The notes beneath the pieces were generated by a model. It ran no database searches and had not been told where the DNA came from. It was given only the letters and a program-made list of their open reading frames with translations. The position numbers and the translations under genes are program-made. From Chrysomallon squamiferum (Eukaryota > Animalia > Mollusca), in contig CM022670.1 of NCBI GenBank assembly GCA_012295275.1, positions 4,712,001-4,776,000 on the forward strand: 64,000 nt of DNA, in the 5' to 3' direction. The number at the start of each line of letters is the position of its first letter. Position 1 is the stretch's first letter. Positions 1 through 13,814 of this stretch are shown here, piece by piece.

Positions 1-1955
1 ACTTCGTAATCTAAAGAACCCTGAACCACAACACTGCCGTTCTCGAACAAGAAGAACGGTGATATATCCACGTTGTCTTCGTCTAACTTTATGACCACTT
101 TCCCGTTGTCGCCTGCTTCGAAATCAAAAGCATTCACTGAACCCACATACTTGCCTGTCTCTACGTTTTCTGAGACGGAAAACTCGTAAAGGTTTCTTGT
201 CAGTTTCGGTTTCTCGTCATTTACGTCTAAGATTGTCACGACCACCCGTGCTGTAGACGAGAGACTTGGCATTCCCCTGTCTGCAGCTTTAACGGTTAAC
301 TTCCACGATCTCCGACTCTCGTAGTCAAATATTGTATTTGTTTTAACTTCGCCAGTGTCGGGTGAAACCAGAAACTGACTGCTGTTGGAAGAAAGAATGG
401 AATATTCAATTTTCCCATTGTCTCCTTCGTCGCTGTCGTTCGCGATCACTGTCACAATCGTGTCGCCGATGTTGTTGTTTTCGCGGACGCTGACAAAGTA
501 GACAGACTGCGTGAAAAGCGGCGGATTGTCGTTCTCGTCGCTGACTCTGACGTCGAAGGTGGCGTGGGCGCTGAGCGGAGGACTGCCTGCATCTTGACAT
601 GACACGGTGACGGAGTGAACGGGCGTCAACTCGTGGTCGAGAGGTTTCGAAACGATCACTTTGTACTCGTTCAGATCGAAACCCTGAAGTTCGAAATACT
701 GATGAACTGACAGCTGACAGCGGGCGATTCCGTTTCGACCTCGGTCTGAGTCGTGCACGGCTATGTGCGCTACGACTGTGCCAATGTTTGCGTTCTCCGA
801 CACCAGAGAGAAGTTTCTGCTGGAAAGTAAATTAACCCGAATCTTTGGCGCATCGTTCACTGTGTCCAGAACGTTAACGGTGACCATTGTCTGCGTGGTG
901 TAAGACTTCACACCTTTGTCACTCGCCTCCACAATTATCTCGTACTTCTCATCCTCCTCTTTTTGTAAGTCGTTCACAACGATCAGGTTCCCAGTCTTTG
1001 AGTCAATGGAAAACAACTTCAAAATTTTAGACGACTGATACTGACTTAATCCGTACACGACGGCACCGTTGTCGCCGGAGTCAGCGTCTGTGGCAGTCAC
1101 GGTGAGAATGGTTGAGTTTGGTTTAATATTCTCCTCCACGGTGATGTTGTAGGAAAGCGGAAAGAACCTGGGTTTGTTGTCGTTCACGTCAGTAACTTTG
1201 ACTCTAACTCTCATGACTCCTTCTAAAGAAGGTTCTCCGCCATCAGCTGCAATGAGTTTTAACTCGTACTGTTTGGTAGCTTCAAAATCTAATTCTTTCT
1301 TTGTAAACACATTCACTTCAGAAGTACCATCCACCTTCGTGCTGTAGATTATACCAAACGAATCATCGGGCGACTCCAGTCTGTACGTTTGTATGGAATA
1401 TTTCCCTGAATCCATATCTCTAGCACCGGTTATTAAAATTGTGGTATTCACAGAAATGCTTTCAGAAACTTGGACAGTCGTTTCGTTTTTAGGGAATATC
1501 GGCACGTTGTCGTTAACGTCTTCTAGAACGATTTTTAACTCGACTGTCCTGAAAAACTGATTTAGTATCGACTTGATGGCCACTTCGATAACAAACACAC
1601 AAGATGATGTAAAGCGACACAACTTCTCCCTGTCCAGCGACTTGCTTGTATCAGACGAAGTGCTCAGATCTCCAGACCGTTCATCCAGACTGAATAATTC
1701 GATATTGGGATCGTCCCGTGTTAAAAAACTGTATCTGAGATTACTGAAATCGTCTTTGCTGATAATGGTGTTCAGACCCGTATCTTGAGGGATGTTGCCG
1801 ATGTAGGAGCCAGGACGTTGCTCTTCGGGGATGGTGTAGATATGTTTGAGTTCGGCACAAGACGTGAACGTAATTACACTCAAGACATTAAGTAAGAGAA
1901 CGCATTTCGCACATATTTGTTTAGATGACTGATTCCTAGACATGATGAAGATCAT
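1..1955 (-). CDS. Protocadherin A, giant ectodomain exon (signal peptide, EC1-EC5, partial EC6); 3' end lies beyond the left edge of the window
   Basis: Manual minus-strand translation from ATG 1955 (in-frame ATG also at 1943): MIFIMSRNQSSKQICAKCVLLLNVLSVITFTSCAELKHIYTIPEEQRPGSYIGNI...LDREKLCRFTSSC...DVNDNVP...DVNDNKP...DTVNDAP...DENDNPP...DVNDEKP...LDYE. It has cadherin PE/DRE/DxNDN motifs and the protocadherin EC1 C-x5-C. The codon phase at the left edge matches the start codon. The ORF track misses it because there is no stop inside the window. Confidence 0.95.
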   Translation of the reverse strand, partial: MIFIMSRNQSSKQICAKCVLLLNVLSVITFTSCAELKHIYTIPEEQRPGSYIGNIPQDTGLNTIISKDDFSNLRYSFLTRDDPNIELFSLDERSGDLSTSSDTSKSLDREKLCRFTSSCVFVIEVAIKSILNQFFRTVELKIVLEDVNDNVPIFPKNETTVQVSESISVNTTILITGARDMDSGKYSIQTYRLESPDDSFGIIYSTKVDGTSEVNVFTKKELDFEATKQYELKLIAADGGEPSLEGVMRVRVKVTDVNDNKPRFFPLSYNITVEENIKPNSTILTVTATDADSGDNGAVVYGLSQYQSSKILKLFSIDSKTGNLIVVNDLQKEEDEKYEIIVEASDKGVKSYTTQTMVTVNVLDTVNDAPKIRVNLLSSRNFSLVSENANIGTVVAHIAVHDSDRGRNGIARCQLSVHQYFELQGFDLNEYKVIVSKPLDHELTPVHSVTVSCQDAGSPPLSAHATFDVRVSDENDNPPLFTQSVYFVSVRENNNIGDTIVTVIANDSDEGDNGKIEYSILSSNSSQFLVSPDTGEVKTNTIFDYESRRSWKLTVKAADRGMPSLSSTARVVVTILDVNDEKPKLTRNLYEFSVSENVETGKYVGSVNAFDFEAGDNGKVVIKLDEDNVDISPFFLFENGSVVVQGSLDYE

Positions 1956-2448
1956 TCTTTTGCAATTAATTCTGAAACAGATAAAACTTTAATTAAAATT
2001 ATCAAAATTATGTTTATCATCTCTCTCTACTGTCTGCTGTGAGATCTTTCCGTTCTGAGTTCATTACAACTGTAATCTTGTACTGGATGTTTTTATATTT
2101 ACAGATAAACACATACCTACATACATATATGCATATGGGTATATATTTACACATACATACATAGATACATATATATATATACATACATACACACACAGAC
2201 AGACATACATACATATATACATCGACACTCATACACACCTACATATATATGAATGCTGTTGCTCATATTATCACAGTAGAATAAAAATTAAGCACACATG
2301 TGCGTATATATGTGATACCTATATGATGCATGTGCCTGTATCTACGTATGAATGTAATATAGAGGGATATTATGCGTCTATACTACCACATTAACTCTGT
2401 GAAGAGCTTTTCCACACTAAATTAATTTAACAAAAATTTAAAACTCAC

Positions 2449-2590
2449 CTGTTGTGTGTGTATTTTCTTCAGGAACTTTGCCTCACACTTCTTCAGTAGA
2501 CAGAACGGTGTATATCCAATTAACTCCACTCATACTCTCAAGACCTGCGCTGACTTGTCAAACTTTACTTCACACTGCTACTCGACTCAG
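2449..2590 (-). other. Putative non-coding first exon of protocadherin A (intron 1972-2448)
   Basis: Strong minus-strand donor CAG|GTGAGT at 2449/2448. Acceptor TTTTATCTGTTTCAG| ends at 1972, 16 nt upstream of the ATG. The upstream boundary (TSS) is approximate. Confidence 0.6.
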
Positions 2591-2730
2591 TGGTCGCGCG
2601 TCTATACTTTCAAGATGGACGGTATTGATTCGCAAGCCCCGCCTCCTCACTTTTCTTTAACCAATCGCTGCGAGCTTCTGCTTCAAGTCGTAAAATGAAT
2701 GAGATTTAACTTGGTGGGCGTGTCAGACTG
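2590..2730 (-). promoter_or_regulatory. Putative protocadherin A promoter (CCAAT box plus Sp/KLF GC-box)
   Basis: GCCCCGCCTCCT at 2636-2647, CCAAT at 2661-2665 and GGTGGGCGTGTC at about 2713-2724. The stretch is CpG-rich and directly upstream of the putative first exon. Confidence 0.6.
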
Positions 2731-4764
2731 CAGTAGTGTCTCTTTTTTTTTTTTTTCCTTTTTTTTTTTTTTTTAACTCCACGTGAAGATTGAAGGAGCC
2801 ATTTGATATGAGAGTAAGCCTTGTTTGTTTTAACTGACGAAAATTATTTATGTGTAGATTGTTTCTGAAAATAAACATTCCAAATTAAGAAAACCCATAC
2901 CATGAAGAATTAAATTATTTTCTTATTTTTCTAAATAAATATAATTACGGACTTGTCACGTTGTATTTATGAAACAAAATGAGAAAAATAAATATATATA
3001 ATTACATATTTTTAAAACTGCATGAGACTGGAAACTAATAAGCATAATAATATAACAGTTGTAACAGTACAGATATTGTAGTAGCAGTAGTAGTGGTTGT
3101 AGAAGCAGCAGTAGTTGTGTTAGCATTAGTAGCAGGAAAGGTAAGAGTAGCTTTTATTATTATCGTTGCTGTTTTTGTTATTTTTTGTTGTTCTTCTTCT
3201 TAATATTACTGATGATTTAATGTTTGACTTTATAAGTATATCCATTTTTCTGTCTACCTCTCACTTCATATATTTACATATTTATTATTATCTATCTGTC
3301 TATATCTATATATGTATCTATCTCTCTATCTATACCTACATGTGTGCCTACCTCTCTATCTGTATCACAATAAAATGTATACATATCTCTGTCAATATTA
3401 TATGTATCCCTCTCTCAATGTATATCAGTATAATATGTCTCTATCTCTCTATTTATCAGTTTTATTTTCTATTACATATGTAACACTACAAAGAAGGAAA
3501 GAAGAAGATAATTTTAATCGTTTTAATTTCCTGTCTTCCGTACTCTAACACTTTAAACCGGATATCTATCATTACAAACTAAATAGATCTCATTATTTCA
3601 CTCTTATTCAAACCAGACACAAACACGTTTTATTTAATCTATTTCTTTACAATCTGTTTCCAGATCACAGATATACGTTTTATAAGAAATCTGTCCTTGC
3701 GGTATGTAATTATACAGATTGTGCTAATTCAGTTTACAGATAACACAAATACATGTAAGTTAAAACAAAACCTTCACAATTGCTTCCGAATCTTACAAAT
3801 AAATTTTCTATAATAAGAGCCTTAAAAGTGCACAGGGAATAACCTGCACCCAAGGGCACTCTTATTTATTTATCATTCTGATTCCATTAATGCTGATCTG
3901 TTATTTTTAACTAGTGGTATTAACTATTATAAAATAAATAATAAAAATAAAAATTTCTAAGACCAATAGTTGATTTATTTAACCTTATATGGTTAATGAA
4001 AAATAAAACTGAATGGTGTTAGCTACGTTTTTATTATTTTTACATTTTTGTCTCTTACTATTTTTGTTTTCGTTTTCATCTTGTTCTTCTTTCACTCTCT
4101 CTTTCTCTCTCTCTCTGTCTGATTTTCTGTATTTATCTCAATATTTAATTATATCTCTCTGTCTCTCTCTTCTGTTTTCTATGTTTATAATTTGACACTT
4201 CAGTATTTGTATACTACTAGTTTCAATAATCTGTGTACAAACTTGTCTTCAAATAGCGAATCAGTTGCTAAATGAGATATTTGTTTCAAGTATTAAATAA
4301 TGTTATTTGCCAAGCATGGAAATTAGTTTAAGAGGTCCCAAAACAAAAGTTCTGTAACTGCAGGTGTTAAAACTGATAGTTTTCTTTCAAACATTTGTGA
4401 TTATCAGTAAGCGAAAAAACCACAGGACTGATAATCATGTTTGTACATGGTATAAAATCATCAAAAAAAATAAATATTAAAACTAAGAAGAAAAAGAAAT
4501 TTGTGTAAAACGTTGTAACTGATAATAACGTGTTGCATTTAGTGCAAAGAGTTAAACTTCGTGATTTCAAAAATATAAAAGTCAGGGAAAAAAATTATGT
4601 AAATGCATTTATAGTTAAATTTGAGTTGAAAAGTCTAAAGATGTTAAGTTGGTTATAAATATTCGTTTATTTATGCATATATGAAAAATTTGGTTATGAT
4701 TTTATTTTCAAATATTTTCCTTTATATTTCTTTAGCTTTTTCATTTTTTTTCCTTGGTATTTGG

Positions 4765-4797
<33 letters not shown>

Positions 4798-5886
4798 CTT
4801 GGAAGGGGGTTATAAATATATATTTGAGGGCTTTTTGTTTTGAATGTTTTTTGTTGTATTTGTTGGGGGTTTTGTGTGTATGTTTTTTTATTGTTGTTGT
4901 TTTTTTGATTGATTGTTTTTGTGGGGTTTTCTTTGTTTTTGTTTTTTGTTATCAAATAAGTTATTATTGTTATTGCTATTATTATTTTTATTATTATTGT
5001 TGTTGCTGTTATCGTTGTTGTTGTTGATATTGATGTTGTTGTTGTTGTCGCTGTTGTTATTATTATTATTATTATCGCTGACTCATCCCCTTCAAACTTC
5101 CACTACGATTACTAGAACTAAATGAAAAGACTTCAGTGAATTTCTACCATCACCACAACAAAGCCAATAATACTTACAATACGAAACTTGCATACTTCAA
5201 TCAAAATAAAGAACTCACAAAAACTTACTGCTCTTCATTTACAGATAGAGAAATTCCCCAACCATCGGTCATATTTAATATATTTTTAATGAACTCAGAT
5301 GACGAATCTCATACCACAATGGAGGAAAATATTAACAGAAGCGACTTATGAAAAAAAAAACAAACTGCGTACAACTCGAGTGTTCCGCACCGCAACGAAA
5401 CTATAATTTAGACTCGAACAAAAGTCAATAATTCTAGTCTGCCGATTGAGAATTAGTTCATTATTGTTGAAATTGCGGATCTGGCTATCTGCTGTTAGTC
5501 AGAATATATTCGACCATCAGTGGTTGTAGTGGACGTATTTATTCCGTCGTCTTTGTTGTACTGCCACGGTGCGTGCATTTTGTATTGAGCTCTGAAATCC
5601 CAATTAAAAACCTATCGTAAAAAAGAAAAAAAGCTCTGAATACAGAAATACTTATTTTAGCGTCGACGCGTATTCTTCCCGAATCGTGTTATCGCCAGGT
5701 TTTTGTTATTAAAGCCATGCGTGAACATTTTGTACAAAAAAAAATGCGAGTCCAAACAAAATATTGCTGCCGTTGATTAATATTATAAAAATGAAATACA
5801 GTTGCTGATTCGTTTTCGGTAACTGTGCTTGAAAATCTACGCATGACATCAATTTCAAGATGTTTTCGTAATTATGTTTTCTTCAG

Positions 5887-5889
<3 letters not shown>

Positions 5890-5959
<70 letters not shown>
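5890..5959. repeat. (CT)n microsatellite
   Basis: Direct reading. Confidence 0.95.
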
Positions 5960-5962
<3 letters not shown>

Positions 5963-6032
5963 TCCTATTCATTTTTTTTTTCATTTGTTTTTCCTTTAAA
6001 TTATATTCTTATATACCTTTTTGTATGCATGC

Positions 6033-6063
<31 letters not shown>

Positions 6064-6093
6064 AAATAAATAAATAAAAAATATATATCGTTC

Positions 6094-6145
<52 letters not shown>

Positions 6146-6978
6146 CCCCCCCCCTTCTATCATGCTCTATCTCATATTCATAAGTGCAATTTTTTTTGAA
6201 GATTAGCAGATCCAAGAGGACGTATTGAAGTATTTATTATTCTAAGTTAAAATAGTAAATATGAGTGGGCCAAGCCAAGGAGTCATCCAAACACGGCTGT
6301 CTGAAACAAAACAATTATACGTGCATTCTCCAGTATAAGAGCACCGTTTTTTAACAAATCTCGCCATTCCTTCAAGTCAATTAAAATTCTGGTATGAGAA
6401 TAATTTCTTACCTACCACCTGGCGCTTATAAAACAAAATAATGTACAATCGAGAAAATGTGAAAGTCAAGGTTGTCGAAATTACTCATGGTAATGTTTTA
6501 ATGTTTCCTATTTTCTGTACCGAGTGAACGCCAAACATTCCTTCCTGTCAAAAAAACTAATATATTTCTTGATATATTAAATATAAAATACACTCACTTT
6601 AGTTTTTATTATTATATTAAGATACGTTAGTAATACGAAAAGGTTTTCAGTATACATATATACATATCACTTTCTCTATGTATGTCTCTCTTTCTTTTTC
6701 TCTCTCTGTTTCTCTTTCATTCCCTATATGTATTTCTACATCTATCTGTCTATCCATCTGGCTGTATTTTTGTGGTTTTCTTTTTCCGATTCATTTTTTT
6801 TTCCTTCACGTTCTCTTTTTCCAAATAAACACGACTTTCTTACGAAAAGTGTTTAAATTTATTGTTAAGAAGAAGTTTTTTGGTCTAGAAAATATACTAG
6901 TATTTTTTTTTTTATCTTTCAGTAATGATACAACTCTTCGATTTATACATAAACAAAACTCTCAGTGCTTGCGTGTGC

Positions 6979-7009
<31 letters not shown>

Positions 7010-7414
7010 CGTGTGTGGGTGTGTGTGTGTGTGCTTGTTTGATAGAATATAAATGCTTTCTGACTCTGGATCGAATCATGGCTGAACTATCCACCCCGAC
7101 CGAACAATTTCTATTAAATTTAAAATTCTTCCTTTAGACCATTCCACATACCTTGCTCACTCTGGCAAGACCTAAACCCCTATATCAGCAAATCATTCAC
7201 GGGTCGTACACTCACTTACTCGGGGAACACAATCCACTGACAGATTTACGTCACCTACATGAGGGTTAAGTATGTTTATAAAAATTAACACAGGGAGAGA
7301 CTTGTAACAATGAGAACAATGCTTCACAATTGAATTCAATCATTGCTGTTTGACCATCTATTCACAACCGCTAACGTCATCTGGACATTTCAATTTCGCC
7401 ATTGCGTCATAATC

Positions 7415-7648
7415 GGTAACACAACATGGTCCGCCGAGCGAAATCAAATGCAGCTAACACGCTGACCGAAAGCAACAAGAGGTAACGCTACATGGCCAAC
7501 TGGCCGAAATTAACAACAGGTTAAGACTGCGTGGTCAACTGGTCGAAATCAAGAACAGGTGAACACTGTGCTGTGCGGTCGGCTTGCGGAAATCGAGAAA
7601 CACTAACGCTGCAAGGTCTCTTGGCCAAAAGTGACAACAGGTAACATT
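7415..7648. repeat. Degenerate tandem repeat, about 6 units, mostly 37-45 bp with one shorter unit
   Basis: Units such as GGTAACGCTACATGGCCAACTGGCCGAAATTAACAACA, GGTTAAGACTGCGTGGTCAACTGGTCGAAATCAAGAACA and CTAACGCTGCAAGGTCTCTTGGCCAAAAGTGACAACA. Confidence 0.75.
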
Positions 7649-10087
7649 AGGTGTAAAAGAAAACAGTGGTCTTCTTTTTATTCTTTTCTTTTCTTTTGTT
7701 CCCAATTACAGGGCACGAGCTAGCTGTTAGCACACAAGAAAAACAAGACATTAGAAAAAGGTGTTCAGGTAAATATCGATTAGATAATCTCGATGATAAC
7801 CCAACAGCCTTGAATTTAGAGCGATTCACTTTTAAGTACGTTTAATTGTGTGTTATTTCAAGCTTCAGGATTCTGCACGTTAAATTAGGGCCATTGTCGT
7901 TGCTGTGTATTTTATGGACTTTGATCGTGTTTTAATTTGAGACCGCTGAGTTTTTGCACAAATCAGAAATTGTTAGTTTTTCTCACAACTCTTCAGTTTG
8001 ATTGACAGTTTAATTTCATCACATAATATGTAAAATGTAGGCAGTCTTTTACAGTCTCTCTTTGTGTTGTCTGTGGCTGTTAACCATCAAAAACATGTTT
8101 ATATTTACTGAAGATTCAAGTTGTTCTGTCTTTGTCACTGTCCAAGAACGTGGACTGTCTAACCATGGCAGTGTTAATGTGTTAGAACGTTAATTAGACT
8201 AGATACTGCTAATCAATACAAATAGGTCATAAATGTTTTCTGTCTGATATACCATCATCAAGAAACAATATAACACGTTAAGATGTACATCTATTATTAA
8301 AACAAATGTTAAACAATTATTTGTTTATTAACTGTTCATTCAAAGAGATATCATTTGCATGTATTGATGTTTCAGATGTTGATTCTGATTTGCCGACAAT
8401 GATGGCTGCTGTGTTTGTTTTTTTCATTATTATTCTTTTAAAAAAAATTTCAGAACAGGTTTGTTCAGATAACTTACCACTCTACATAAAAGAAATTATG
8501 ACATGATATCTCTGGTGAAAAAACAAAAAAAAAACAAAAAAAACCCCCACCACTCAGGCCATGTGATTTGTTTTACATTATTTTTCAGTCGTTGGATATA
8601 ACACATATCTTTACTGCTTCGGTAAATGAAACAAAGATAAACCAATCAATTATCGCCCTTAGATGTGTGTCGTGCTGGTACGTGCGCATGCGTCTGTTAA
8701 CGACCGGTTTCTGAAAAACCGATACGCTTATCGGGCCTTGAGATAACCTCGAGATGGAGATCTGAAAACTACAACATGTGCCTGGTCAGATAACTGCTGT
8801 AAAACCAGTGTCCCCTGGTCTCGCTGGCTCTTTTTAACGAAGGAATGTCGTAAACGAAGTGTCCAGGGATTCTAACCCACTGACCTTTTCTCTGCCATCA
8901 AGCGTAGCTTGCAAGCTGTGATTTTTGTGAACAGACTTTCTTTATGGCTCTAATCAAACATTATTGCCGAAGAGTCCTCATTAGAAGCGGGTTTATTTGT
9001 AAGAATGATAACTCGGAAGATAATTGCGACCTTTGTTCTAAAGGTGTGCTATTAAAGTAAAGAATACAACGTTAAGTTTCTTGGAATTGACGTATCTGTG
9101 GCAGTTTATGTTCATTTTCCGGCCCCTAAACCATATCTAAAATTGACTTTCGTTAATAGTATATGACAAAGAAGGAGATTTATTTAGAAAATAATCAATA
9201 AAATTGGAATGCGTATATATACGCATATGTGTGTATGTGTGTCTATATATATATATAGACAAACACACATACACACATAGACACACAGACACTCATCAAA
9301 CAATCTCACACACGTATACATACATACGCAAATACACACACACACACACTTAATAACATTATTTTCTTCAAAAATATTCAATAGTTTAATTTTCTCTAAG
9401 TTATCGATCATATTTCTAAGAAATGCGCCTAATATTCTAGAAAAATACAAAGGAAAATCCATGGGAAAAAAATAAAATAACATAAGATATACAATATATA
9501 TGCTATGCTTTTGATCAGTGGCTCACAGCCTCCACAATAACAAGTTTTATTTATTTCAAACACATCTGTCCTCTACAGAATTTGTTTTCTCTTTTCTTCA
9601 TTTAAAAAAAAAAAAACATTCCTTTTCTCTCACTCTCGCGCGTTGTTTTCTTTTGGAACACAAGTGTAGCGCGAACAAGCCTCCCAATTATTAGCACCGA
9701 CGTTTTCGAAGAACTCCCAGAAGGGCGATAAATCTGGAAATTTCCCATATCGTGTACGTCCCTACTGAGCTGGACAAGGGAACGATTGCTGTAGCGACAG
9801 CATGAGAGGCACGTGCACCTGTCGCGCAGTGAAAACAGTTTGGTTTTCACATCTAGAGACATTGATACGTCTTCAGCGACGTCAGAACAGGTGCAAACAC
9901 AAGACGCAACTTCAAGAGGAGCCTTGTAAGGTTTAATTCGATATTGGATGTTACCGCGTAGGCATAAAGTTACATCAAAAGAATTTTGTTTTCGAAAAAA
10001 AAAAAAAAATAAAAATTGCGAATCCGTCGGTTGATTGATAAATTTTGTGAGAAACAAATGGAAAAGCTGTGATGAAAGAAAAAGGGG

Positions 10088-10090
<3 letters not shown>

Positions 10091-10175
<85 letters not shown>
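10091..10175. repeat. (GA)n microsatellite
   Basis: Direct reading. Confidence 0.95.
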
Positions 10176-10177
<2 letters not shown>

Positions 10178-10347
10178 ATTATTTTCTATAATATCTTTCA
10201 AAGTTTTATTAAATTATTGATATTAAAGATTTTTGCTCAGCGTAAAGGAAAGCACATTTTTTCTGAAATGTCTCTAAATATTTGTATATTACCATAACCA
10301 CCTCACTTGTTTTGCCATAATTAAGAATGTGATTGAATATACAATAG

Positions 10348-10415
<68 letters not shown>
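10348..10415. repeat. (ATT)n microsatellite
   Basis: Direct reading. Confidence 0.95.
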
Positions 10416-10416
<1 letters not shown>

Positions 10417-12221
10417 TTAGCCCACCTCTTTTCAAGCGCAATCTTACCACATTGATTCATACAACCACACGGTCTGAAATCCAATATCCATATCCTAACG
10501 TGTAATTTTCCACAGAGCTATAGATTATTCCACTTACTTGATGTTAAACAATAGTAGCGATCCACGTGCTTCTTTTTCAGTCAATAACAAACAAAGACTA
10601 TTTTGAAGTTCTCACAAGATTGACAACAGAAAAAAATTAGTCTACTTTTTTTTTTCAATTAGCTAGTACTTGAATTTTCGATGGCGACCAGTATGTAATT
10701 ACAGGTTAATTTTATGGTTGCCATGATGTGATTGTTGAAATGGTTGAATGCATTTTGATTTGATGTTGTTTTTTTTCTCTCTCTATTTTTTTACCATTGT
10801 TATTCTAACGAGAAAAGGATTTTTGAATATTAGTTTTCAGTTATTGTTGTTTTCACGGACACCTGAGAATTTTAATATAACAGGCCAGTGAGGATGACAA
10901 TCATTTTATTCATTTATTTTATTTACTTTAATTATTAAACAATATTTTGTTGATTAATTTTATTATTTATTCAGTTAGTTGCTTTTTTGTCTATATATTC
11001 TGTTTATAACTATTCTTCTCTTTCATCTTTTTGTAAATGTTACTTTTTATTTTTATTTTTATTTATTTTATTATTGCTGCTGTTCGTTTATCTGAAAACC
11101 GAATCAGTCGACACAAACGAAATGTCGACTTAAACAGCACTGACACAAAGATATTTCACAGTTATCTGCTAACGTTCGTCCTTTCCTGGGTCGTAAACCG
11201 TTGACAACTGCTCGCCAGAATCCCGCTATCTTCGAAACTCCATAAATAAAATTCCACCAAAAGCTCAAGCCAAAACACTTGTGCCTTTCAGTTTCTCCCT
11301 TCCAGCCAAAGAATTCTCTAAACTGTTAAACTGATGCCTACGCGTTATGGAAAAATTAATTTGCCACGTGATACTCGCAGTACGATAAGGAGACCTTTGC
11401 TTCCCAGCCAGTTCACCTGTTGGAGAAAATCGTGAAAATTGATCTAAATACGCGAACGTAACGTACGGCTCAAGTAACGCACGTGAACTGCCACTGGATG
11501 ATAAAAGCGATAAAAGTTCTGAAGCACGTGCAAAACGTAAATGCCAGGATTTTTCACAAAATAACGGGAGGAGTGTTTGACGCAGACGATAAAGTATAAT
11601 TTTAAGACTGTCTGCGTGAATGCATGCATTTCCTATAATAATTGGATTTTTTTTTTATTTTATTTTTTTTGTTATTTTACATTATTTTTTGTTGTTGTTG
11701 TTGTTGTTGTTGTTGTTTGTGTTGTTTGGTTGTTTAGCGGTTTTTTTTTTTTGCTGCGAAGATATACCAAAAATTATATTTAAAAATATTTATTAAAAAA
11801 AAATAATAATAATATAAAATAAAAATAAAATGTTACGAATTCCTCAAGAACAATCAAATTAAGTTTCATTTGCATGGCACTAACAGTTGTGAACAACCAT
11901 GTTATTAGTCTGAAGTTTTTTGTGTATTTTTTGTTGATGTTGGTTTTTTTGTGTTGTTTTTCTGTATGTTTAGAAGAGTTTGGTGTTTTATCTTACAATG
12001 TAACGCAATATCTGCAGTGACGTGTGTTTTTGCATGTTTTCTGAGTCTTATCAGACAGTCTGGTGTGTGTGTAGTTTTCAGGAATTTCTCTGGTAACGTT
12101 TCATATGAATATTATTATTATTTTTTTAATTTCTGTTTTTTTAAATTTCTGTTTTTTGTTAATTTTTTGTTTGCTTGTTTTATTTTTATTATTATTATTT
12201 TTTTTTTCATTATTATTATTA

Positions 12222-12252
<31 letters not shown>

Positions 12253-13132
12253 GTCTTTAAAATATAAACATCATGTTCAGCTCAGTTGATGAAAATCTTT
12301 TGTTTGGTTACCTGTGTGCGAGAGTGCGTGCGCCCTGCGTTTGTTTTTGCTACACTCAAATTCAGCTGCAGCTTATTATAATTCTTACAGCGTTTAAGTT
12401 AAAGGTTTTCTATGATTTTTTGTTTATCTTAACAAGGCCAGATTTACCAGTTCATTTTCTTATAATAAAAGAGTTTTATTTATATCATTATCATCATCAT
12501 CATCATCATCATCATTATAATTTCTGTTGTTGTTGTCGTTGTTGTTGTTTTTTTTTTTTTTTTTTTTATTAATTTATGTATTTAATTGTTTATAATTTTA
12601 TTTTTATTTATTTATTTAGTTAGTTAGTAAGTTATTTTGTATTTTTGTATTTTTGTTTTTTGTTTTGCGCTATCAAGTGCACATCCACTACATTAATATA
12701 CACTGCGAAAAGACACATTTATATCCACGCAGCCAGTTTCCCTGAATAATATTAATGTTTGCATTTTTCAGAATGTAAATTTTTGCACGTTATCAAGTGC
12801 ACGTGATATCTGTAAATAACCTATGACTTTTAGAATGGGAGTACTTCGCTACTTAACTGTTTTTCTCTGCTGGTCTGAACATGCCATGCGTCAAACGAGC
12901 TTCAGTTTACACAGTTAGAGTAATTACGTGTGACACCCCGAGATTGTCTCTGATATAAACTGAATTTACACCACGTATTTAGAAACCACGTCCTCCTAGC
13001 AGATTTTTATCTCTTGCTCTTTTTTCTTGTTTCTTTCTTCTTTTCTTTTTTCTTTTTTTTTTTTTTTTTTTCTTTTTTTTATTTTTTATTATTTTATTTT
13101 TATTATTGTTTTATTCTTTTTATGATTATTAA

Positions 13133-13163
<31 letters not shown>

Positions 13164-13704
13164 CATTATTACTTATTTATTTATATATTTTTTTATTTAG
13201 GTATTTATTTTTTTTTATTTATTTTTTTTTTTTTTTTTTTATTATTTGTTGTCGATTTGTTTTTATTATTTGGGAGGATTTTTGTCTTTGTTTTTTTAAA
13301 TTTGTATATATATATATTTTTTTTTTTATCAATACGTCAATGAAGAGCCACTATGCGCCTAGCTAAAGACACTGTATGATCAACAGCGAGTGATATTTTA
13401 TATAATTACAGGAAATCACAAACTGTAGTCATATTACCAGTCTGTAGTAATACGATAACAGTGAGAAAGAACCCAAGAAGGGTGTATGCTGTTTGTTACA
13501 AAAGTATATATGTTTTGTTTCTTTGTTTGTTTCAGAGAGATGTTTCGGTTGTTGTCGTCGTTTTGCTTGGGGTGGGTGGGGGTATTCTTGTTTTTTGAGA
13601 GGGTATTTTATTTTAAATATTATTATACAAGTCTTGAATCGAAGAAAATCGGGTCTAAAGCTACTGGCAGTTGTCCTCAAAACCTGATTCTATAAACCAC
13701 CAGA

Positions 13705-13814
13705 GATAAGCGTTTTGCCCATCAGAATTAAGTCCACTGTCTATCAAGGATAAGTCCACTGTCTATCAAGGATAAGTCCACTGTCCATCAAGGATTAGCA
13801 TTCTGTCCTCACGA
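13705..13814. repeat. 22-bp minisatellite, 5 units (consensus GATAAGTCCACTGTCTATCAAG)
   Basis: Units start at 13705, 13727, 13749, 13771 and 13793. The three central units are near-identical and the outer two are diverged. Confidence 0.9.

Noticed and set aside
8860-8900. Pol III B-box-like GGTTAGAATCCC on the minus strand (tRNA or SINE)
   Set aside because: No convincing A-box, cloverleaf or tail.
13705-13814. Possible CRISPR-like array, also considered for 7415-7648 and for the island/spacer alternation
   Set aside because: The repeats are head-to-tail without unique spacers, there are no cas genes, and the context is eukaryotic. The islands share no repeat.
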